Below are positions 36,704 through 42,684 of a DNA stretch of 42,684 bases, in pieces (positions within the stretch are counted from its first letter, which is position 1; each line of letters begins with the position of its first letter). Position numbers and translations under genes: made by a program. The DNA comes from Gemmatimonadota bacterium (GTDB lineage Bacteria > Gemmatimonadota > Gemmatimonadetes > JACCXV01 > JAHWKZ01): NCBI GenBank assembly GCA_019347645.1, contig JAHWKZ010000002.1, positions 1 through 42,684 on the forward strand. Reading direction: 5' to 3'. The notes under the pieces were generated by a model. It saw nothing but the letters and a program-made list of their open reading frames with translations. It was not told where the DNA came from and made no database searches.

Positions 36704-37844
36704 AGCAGGGCCTCCACCTGCTTGAGCCACGAGCGCGCCACGCTCCGCCACGAGAACTCCTCGCGGACGACGTCCCACGCGCGGCGCCCGACCTCCGCGG
36801 CATCGGGTCGTCCGAGCGCCCGCAGGCCCTCGGCCAGCCCTTCGGGAGTGGCCTCGGCCAGGATCGCGGCCCGCCGCGAAGCGAGGTGCCGGCCGAGCGG
36901 ATAGGGGGTGGCGAGAACCGGCACGCCGACCGAGGCGGCCTCCGCGGCCGCGTTCCCGAACGCCTCCCAGCGGGACGGGTAGACGAATCCGCGGGCGCGG
37001 ACGAGAAGGCCGTACTTGATCGCGCCGTAGACCGGCTCGCCGATCGTCACCCACGGTCCGAGCTCCAGCCGATCGACGAGGCGGCGCATCGCCTCCTTGC
37101 CCCCGAGCCGCGAGTCGGGACCGTGGAGCCTCAGAGACGGGCGCTCGTCCGGCCGAAGCAGCGCCAGGGCCCGCAGGAGGAGATCGATCCCCTTGTGCTC
37201 GGGGTCGTATCGGCCGTACCAGAGCACGTACCCCCGCTCCCTCCGTCCCATCGGTACTCGTCGTGGAGCTCCACGCCGTTTGGGACCGCCACCACGTCAC
37301 CGCGGTAGCCGAGGGCCCGGAGGTGATCGATCTCGTCCTCGAAGAACACGTGCACGGCGCGCGCCTCCATGACGAGACGACGCTCCCATACCCACCACCA
37401 GGCGCGCTTGAGGGCGCGCTTGCGGTCGAGGATGCGCGGGTCGTAGGCCCCCCGGGGCTCGAGCAGATACGGAACCCCGGCTCGGCGCGCGCTCGTCCCC
37501 GCGCGGACGTTGTGCAGGACCCACGCGGAATGGAGCACGAGCACGTCGGCGTCCTCGAGGACCTCCCGCAGGCCCAGGGGAACCTTCCAGGGCCAGCCGG
37601 TGTGACGGACCGGGACCAGCTCGACACCTTCGGGCGTCGCCGGCGCGGATCCCTCGTCGAACGCGATCCGGATCCGGGCGTCGGTTCCGGCCAGCTCGAG
37701 CGAGTGGTGCCAGACCGAGCGGGTGATCCCTCCGTCTCCGACGACGGCGCGGGGATAGTAGCGGACGATCCGGATTCCGGACCCGGGATCGGGAGCGGAG
37801 CCCTCCGGCTCGCCCGACGGTCTGGTCGCTGCGGCTTTCTGCAT
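36700..37844 (-). pseudogene. GT4-family glycosyltransferase interrupted by a 1-nt frameshift in a G5 (C5 on + strand) run
   Basis: The N-terminal half is in frame A: MQKAAA..IRIVRYYPRAVVGDGGIT...VVAVPNGVELHDEYRWDGGSGG. The C-terminal half is in frame B: (MGRRERG)YVLWYGRYDPEHKGIDLLL...SRWEAFGNAAAEAASVGVPVLAT. The frames meet at ggagggagcggggg (37231-37245). Confidence 0.75.
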
Positions 37845-37887
37845 GGCTCCTCGAAAAGTGCAATGTCCGTGCCTCGAACGCGTAGTC

Positions 37888-38031
37888 CTACGCGGAGCAG
37901 GAACATGTCTCGCCGAGAGGGCCGATGCACGCGTGGGACGAGGCGCGATGCGGAGGAATGGCAGCGCTATTCCGCACGAATCGCGACGCCCTACGGCGCG
38001 ATGCATGCAATCATGTTCCTGCTCCGCGTAG
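37888..38031. repeat. Perfect 20-bp inverted repeat separated by 104 nt in the divergent intergenic region
   Basis: CTACGCGGAGCAGGAACATG (37888-37907) and CATGTTCCTGCTCCGCGTAG (38012-38031). An extra CGCGTAG copy at 37879-37885 creates the 16-bp palindrome CGCGTAGtcCTACGCG. TATATA follows at 38032-38037. Confidence 0.85.
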
Positions 38032-38050
38032 TATATAGGAGCCACACCCC

Positions 38051-38836
38051 TTGACCACGCCGATCCGGAGACGCGCCCTCGTGTGGAGAACCTCTCGATT
38101 CCTCGGACTTCTTTTCGCCGCGGCCGCCTGCGGCCTCACCCAGCCCGACGTCGCCCCTCCCGCCGACGGCTCGAACGGTCCCGACGATCCGGGCGGGACC
38201 GATCGGTCCGGCTTCGTGGTCCTCCTGGTCGGCGACCCCGGCTCGCTGAATGCCTCCGAGGACGCCCTGCGCGATCGTCTGGGTCGTCTGGACCTCGAGG
38301 TCCGGGTGCGGGACGACGACGGCTTCGCCACCGCCCACGCCGATGGCTGCGACCTGGTGGTGATGAGCAAGACGGTGGATTCCGAGACGGTCGGGACCAC
38401 GCTCAAGCCCGTCTCCTGCCCGGTCGTCTTCTGGGAGGACAACCAGCAGAAGCTCGACATGCTGGCCACCATCGACAACGACGGCTCCGGCGGGACGGCC
38501 TGGCACTCGACCGGGGACGACCTCTTCATCCGCTCCGACGCCCCGGCGTCGCTGCGCGCAGGCCTGGAGGGCGAGCTAGACTTCTACACCCGCCGGGACG
38601 AGATCACCTTCTCCCCCCGCGGGGAACTCGTGGCCGACGCGATCGTCGTCGCCGAATTCGACGAGCGAGGAGGGAACCCGGCGGTCTACGTCCTCGAGGG
38701 CGGCGCCCGCCTGGCCGACGGGTCCCGAGCCGCCGGGCGGAGAGTGTACTTCGGGCTCTACGACGACACCTTCCGCCTCCTGACGAGCGAAGGACTGGCG
38801 CTGTTCGACGCCGCCCTCGGCTGGGCGCTACGGTAG
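38051..38836 (+). CDS. Hypothetical lipoprotein (full-length paralogue of the 29645-29803 remnant)
   Basis: TTG start; RFLGLLFAAAACG signal/lipobox; alternating beta-alpha pattern (FVVLLVGDPG.., CDLVVMSKTV.., PVVFWED..). No family recognised. Confidence 0.65.
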   Translation: MTTPIRRRALVWRTSRFLGLLFAAAACGLTQPDVAPPADGSNGPDDPGGTDRSGFVVLLVGDPGSLNASEDALRDRLGRLDLEVRVRDDDGFATAHADGCDLVVMSKTVDSETVGTTLKPVSCPVVFWEDNQQKLDMLATIDNDGSGGTAWHSTGDDLFIRSDAPASLRAGLEGELDFYTRRDEITFSPRGELVADAIVVAEFDERGGNPAVYVLEGGARLADGSRAAGRRVYFGLYDDTFRLLTSEGLALFDAALGWALR

Positions 38837-39460
38837 GCGTTCGCGCGGTTCCGAGGCGGCACCGGCCAAAAAGAGGAGCCAGGTGCCGATGCCGAGCAGC
38901 TTCAGCCCCTCCTCGGAGAGCACGTGCCACATCGGGGCCGGCGGCGACTCGAGCAGGTCGAGGAAGAGCGATCCGGCCAGGAGCGCAATCGCGCCGGTGA
39001 AGACCAGCGGCGCCCGGGCGCGGATCCTCGCCCGATAGGCCGCGGCGTAGGCGATGGCCGCGGCCGCGTACCCCGTCAGGACCGCCTCCTCCGGAATCCC
39101 CAGCACCCGCGGGATCACCCATTCGTGGAGCATGAAAAGGTCGTCGACGAGCAGTACCGCGGTGAGGAGCGCCGAGACGAGCAGGAAGCCGCCGGCGTCG
39201 GCTCGCGAACCGGCGACCCGCACGAAGAGGCAGATCGCCACCCCCGCCGCCCACAACAGGATCCCCACGTTCGACAGCAGGCCCGTGTAGACCGGCACCT
39301 CCGCCGTGGAGAAGACGTCCCGGGTGAACACGACGAACGGGATACCGGCCACCTCCGCAACGACCACGGCGGCGGCGATCAGTCCGACGAGCGGAGCGTG
39401 AATCCAGATCGCCCAGCGCCTCGATCGCGACCGGAGCGCCGGGTCGGGCGCCGGCGTCAT
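38828..39460 (-). CDS. Hypothetical membrane protein (~6 TM)
   Basis: ATG at 39460 forms an ATGA overlap with the upstream GT4 stop. Hydrophobic helices throughout. Confidence 0.6.
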   Translation of the reverse strand: MTPAPDPALRSRSRRWAIWIHAPLVGLIAAAVVVAEVAGIPFVVFTRDVFSTAEVPVYTGLLSNVGILLWAAGVAICLFVRVAGSRADAGGFLLVSALLTAVLLVDDLFMLHEWVIPRVLGIPEEAVLTGYAAAAIAYAAAYRARIRARAPLVFTGAIALLAGSLFLDLLESPPAPMWHVLSEEGLKLLGIGTWLLFLAGAASEPRERLP

Positions 39461-40674
39461 CCCGTGGCGTCGCCGTCCGCGGGGATTCCCCCGGTGTCCT
39501 TCCCCACCGTCCTCCGGGCGACCACCTCCGCGTAGATCGCCATCAGACGCTCGTAGTTGATCGTCGCGGTGTACTTCGAATCGAACTCCGCCCGCCCCGC
39601 CCGGCGGACACGCTGGAGCGCCTCGGGATCGGCCGCCGCGGATTCCACCGCCTTCGCCAGCGCCGCCGGATCCCCCGCCGGCACGAGCCACCCCGTCTCG
39701 CCGTGGCGGATGATCTCGGACATCCCGCCCAGGTCGCTGGCCACCACCGGCAGCCCGGCCGCGAACGCCTCCACGATCACGAACGGGAGGCCTTCGTACC
39801 AGACCGACGGGAAGACGAGGAGCCGCGCCTCGCGCATCCGCTCCAGCACCTCCTCGCGTGGACGGCGGCCGAGCCACTCGATCCCGTCGATCCGCTCCGC
39901 GGCCGACGCGACCCGCGGCGATTCAGGACCGTCTCCGACCACCTTCAGCGGGATCCGGCCTCGGAGCCGCTCCCAGGCCTCGACCAGGGTACGGACCCCC
40001 TTCTCCTCGGAGAGACGGCCGACGAACAACGCGTAGCCGCCGCCTCCTCGGCCCATGCCCGGATCCTCGTCCAGGAAGTTCGGCTTCACCCGGACGCTCT
40101 CCGGAGGCAGCCCGCCCTCGACGAACTTGCGCCTCCCGAACTCCGTGAGCGCGACGTACCGGTCGACCTTTCGCGAGAACGTCCCCAGGCCGCGATGCAG
40201 GGCGAAGGTGCTGGCGACCACGCCGGTCGCCAGGCGACCGTGGTGGTAGCACGAGTGCAGGATCGACGGCCACGCGAAGCGCCGTCCGACGCAGTCCTCG
40301 CACGGGCCTCCGTCCCGGTACAGCTGGGCGTTCGGGCACAGGAGACGGTAGTTGTGAAGCGTCTGGACGACCGGCAGCCCCTCCGACTTCGCCGCCCAGT
40401 AGGCGGACGGGCCGAGGATTGGAAAGGTGTTGTGGAAGTGGACCACGTCCGGTCGCTCCTCGTGGAGCAATCGGCGCAATCGGCGGTTCGCCCGGGCGTT
40501 CCAGTGGGCCCGCGCGGCGAGCGAGAGCCGGCCCATCTCCGGGATCTGGTCGTTGCGCTGCTCGTAGCGGACCACGTCGTGGCCGCGCGACTCCAGGAGC
40601 GCGGTCTCGGATTCGAAGGCACGGTCCTCTCCGCCGGGCTGGATGTACCGCTCGTGGACGACCGCGATCTTCAC
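39457..40674 (-). CDS. GT4-family glycosyltransferase
   Basis: VKIAVVHERYIQPGGED, HFHN, YALFVGRLSEEKGV, FPSVWYEGLPFVIVEAFAAGLPVVASDLGG (EX7E region). The GTG start forms a GTGA overlap. Confidence 0.88.
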   Translation of the reverse strand: MKIAVVHERYIQPGGEDRAFESETALLESRGHDVVRYEQRNDQIPEMGRLSLAARAHWNARANRRLRRLLHEERPDVVHFHNTFPILGPSAYWAAKSEGLPVVQTLHNYRLLCPNAQLYRDGGPCEDCVGRRFAWPSILHSCYHHGRLATGVVASTFALHRGLGTFSRKVDRYVALTEFGRRKFVEGGLPPESVRVKPNFLDEDPGMGRGGGGYALFVGRLSEEKGVRTLVEAWERLRGRIPLKVVGDGPESPRVASAAERIDGIEWLGRRPREEVLERMREARLLVFPSVWYEGLPFVIVEAFAAGLPVVASDLGGMSEIIRHGETGWLVPAGDPAALAKAVESAAADPEALQRVRRAGRAEFDSKYTATINYERLMAIYAEVVARRTVGKDTGGIPADGDATG

Positions 40675-42203
40675 GCCCGCGCCTCCGCGGCGTGCGGAAG
40701 GCGGCGCTGGATCTCGAGCGCCGCGATCCCGCCACCCATCAACGACCAGAACCAGATGCCACCCATCGGCCCTTCCAGGAAGACGTCGAACGTGGCGTTC
40801 ACCATGAACGCGGTCCAATAGGCGAGGATCCACAGGTCGATTCGCGCCCATCCTTCCCGGCCCTCGCGCCGGGCACGAAAATGGGCGAGGAGCAAGGAGA
40901 CGCCGAAGAAGCCGTGCAGCAGGATCCAGAGAACGAACCCGGGCACGCCGGCGCGGGCGAGGACGGTCAGGTGGCCGTTGTGTGGGCTCCGCAGGGACTC
41001 GTCCATCCAGTCCACCTGATATCCGTCGGCGTTCGCCAGGTTGATGCCGAACCCCTTGCCGCTCCAGAAGTACGGTCCGAAGACGGTGTAGTCGACGATG
41101 TCGCCCCACCACCGCCGCCGCCAGTCCGCAGTCCCCTGCAGACTCTCGCTCCCGGTCTCGTCCCCCACCACGCTGACCGCGTTCCGCGCGAGCTGCCGGG
41201 CCGAGATGTCCCGCTCCCCGGGGATGTCGACCCGCACGTCCGCTGCGACCAGGACGGCCAGGAGCGTCGCTCCGGCCATTCCGATCTTGAACCATCGCCA
41301 CGAGGGTCGCAGGACCATGACCAGGCCCAGCGCCACGACCACGGCCACCATTCCGCCCCGGTTCTTCGTCGCGGCGGCCACGAACGTCAGCGCCCACAAA
41401 CCCCACAGGACCCACTCCAGCCACGCCCGGCGGCGGTCGCGGAGATCCCATAGCCCCAGCAGCAGAAAAGCGCCCGCGCCGGCGAGGTGGACGGCCACGT
41501 CCCCGGGCTTGAGCAACGGGATCGTCACGTCGGTTCCCGGCATGCGCGGTAGACGTTCGATCCAGATCGTGGACGCGAGGTAGCCGAAGGGAAGCCAGAC
41601 GAGAAGCCAGGGGAGCCACCGACGATACCCCTCCGGCACCCGACGCCATCCCTCCCCGGCCAGCAGCAGCGCCGCGACGATCACCGCAAACGCCGTATAC
41701 CCCCACAGCACCGCGTCCCGGAGCGCGCCGACGCCGTGGGTGCCCAGATAGGGGATCGTCCGCCAGGCCCCCCACGTCATGTACGCCAGCAGCAGGCCCA
41801 CGATCGGCGAACGGAGCGTCCGCCCGAGGCCGCGGTCGCTCGCGAGGAGCGCGACCAGTCCGAGGCCGAGCGCCATCTCGCCGATGTAGAGCGGCTCGAC
41901 GCCGACGTAAGCGAAGCCTCGCCCGAGCATCGCGTAGCCGACGAGGACCACGGCCAGCAACGCGCCATAACCCCTGCGGTACCGGTCGGGATGGACCACC
42001 GCGGCGACCGCGACCACGGCCACGCCGACGAGACCGGCCGCCAGCGCCGGCTTAACGAGGATCGCTCCCGCGATCGCCAGGCCCGAGAGCGCGAGCCCGA
42101 GCGTCCACTTCACAACCGAGGGGACCTCGGAGGCGCCTCGCGCCACGGTCCGGAGCGGATCCGCCCGGGCCGCCGTCGGCACGTCCACCAGCCGCGGGGT
42201 CAC
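40671..42203 (-). CDS. O-antigen ligase / Wzy-like polysaccharide polymerase family membrane protein
   Basis: ~11-12 TM helices and a large loop with SLRSPHNGHLTVLARAGVPGF (the HN..L..L.E.G-type motif of the O-antigen ligase family). The GTG start forms a GTGA overlap. Confidence 0.75.
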   Translation of the reverse strand: MTPRLVDVPTAARADPLRTVARGASEVPSVVKWTLGLALSGLAIAGAILVKPALAAGLVGVAVVAVAAVVHPDRYRRGYGALLAVVLVGYAMLGRGFAYVGVEPLYIGEMALGLGLVALLASDRGLGRTLRSPIVGLLLAYMTWGAWRTIPYLGTHGVGALRDAVLWGYTAFAVIVAALLLAGEGWRRVPEGYRRWLPWLLVWLPFGYLASTIWIERLPRMPGTDVTIPLLKPGDVAVHLAGAGAFLLLGLWDLRDRRRAWLEWVLWGLWALTFVAAATKNRGGMVAVVVALGLVMVLRPSWRWFKIGMAGATLLAVLVAADVRVDIPGERDISARQLARNAVSVVGDETGSESLQGTADWRRRWWGDIVDYTVFGPYFWSGKGFGINLANADGYQVDWMDESLRSPHNGHLTVLARAGVPGFVLWILLHGFFGVSLLLAHFRARREGREGWARIDLWILAYWTAFMVNATFDVFLEGPMGGIWFWSLMGGGIAALEIQRRLPHAAEARA

Positions 42204-42684
42204 GATCGACCGCCGGGCGCGAATTCCATCACGATCCGCGCGACCTCGTCCACCACCGCCTCGATCGGGCGCGACGCGTCGACGACGCGAGCGGAACCGA
42301 GCCGCCCCGCCAGCCGCAGGTACGCCTTCCTCTGGCGCTCCATCTCCATGGGGGTGACTTCCTGCTTGCGGGACCGGAGGACGTCGACCGGCGCGTCGAG
42401 GACCACCAGGGAATCGGGTCGGGGAACGCTCCTCCCCACCACGCGGGCCAGCCGCGCCGACGCTCCGTACCGATATCGCGCGGGATCCACGACGACGTCG
42501 TCAAAGTAACGGTCGAACAGCACCAGGGTCGAACGGCGCAGCGCGGGGCGGATCTCGAGCAGGTAACCGAGCCAGTAGTCGATCCACCACCAGCCGAGCT
42601 TCACGACCGAGACGACCCGACCCCGCGGCGGACGACCGTGCGGATCGACCACCGGGGCTCGCTCGCGCCGGCTCCTTCCCACGT
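42200..42684 (-). CDS. P-loop NMP-kinase-like (dTMP-kinase-like) protein, C-terminal part; the N-terminus lies beyond the window end
   Basis: LVLFDRYFDDVVVDPARYRYG and PDSLVVLDAPVDVLRSRK resemble the dTMP/NMP kinase core and LID-adjacent segments. The P-loop is not visible because it lies outside the window. Confidence 0.5.
   Translation of the reverse strand, partial: VGRSRRERAPVVDPHGRPPRGRVVSVVKLGWWWIDYWLGYLLEIRPALRRSTLVLFDRYFDDVVVDPARYRYGASARLARVVGRSVPRPDSLVVLDAPVDVLRSRKQEVTPMEMERQRKAYLRLAGRLGSARVVDASRPIEAVVDEVARIVMEFAPGGRS

Overview
High-GC (about 70%) bacterial chromosomal segment. The gene content suggests Gemmatimonadota or a related lineage, but that is a guess. All calls come from reading the supplied translations and the raw sequence; no database search was run. 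Most long antisense ORFs in the track are high-GC shadow frames and were ignored.

Positions 1-28.1 kb are mostly housekeeping genes:
- The icd N-terminus.
- A uracil-DNA glycosylase ORF fused in frame to a citrate-synthase C-terminal remnant.
- The yicC-gmk-rpoZ-coaBC cluster.
- A DUF1232 gene and larB.
- A divergent Sfp-type PPTase, an outer-membrane beta-barrel and ptsN.
- metH, preceded by a terminator-containing structured leader.
- A ten-gene co-directional block: phoH-pgpH-ybeY-CNNM-CNNM-mgtE-recO-selB-SPOR-FlgD_Ig.
- aspS, a VanZ-like gene, a secreted hypothetical and a lytic transglycosylase.

A tRNA-Gly(GCC)/tRNA-Cys(GCA) pair at 28.39-28.60 kb marks a change in character. Downstream is an accessory-looking region with three parts:
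- A truncated paralogue of the transglycosylase 5' end.
- A methyltransferase followed by two gene remnants.
- A Wzx/Wzy-type surface-polysaccharide locus. It holds a beta-helix lipoprotein, three GT4 glycosyltransferases (one frameshifted in a homopolymer), a flippase-like protein, a Wzy/O-antigen-ligase-like protein, an SDR and a partial P-loop kinase-like gene, plus three unassigned proteins: a 268-aa cytoplasmic protein, a lipoprotein and a small membrane protein.

No CRISPR array, integrase, transposase or recognisable defence system was found. The most interesting items are:
- The udg-citZ chimera.
- The metH leader.
- The duplicated leader/5' module flanking the tRNAs.
- The gene-decay patch at 29.6-30.1 kb.
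- The 20-bp perfect inverted repeat at 37.9-38.0 kb.
- The unassigned genes embedded in the polysaccharide locus.
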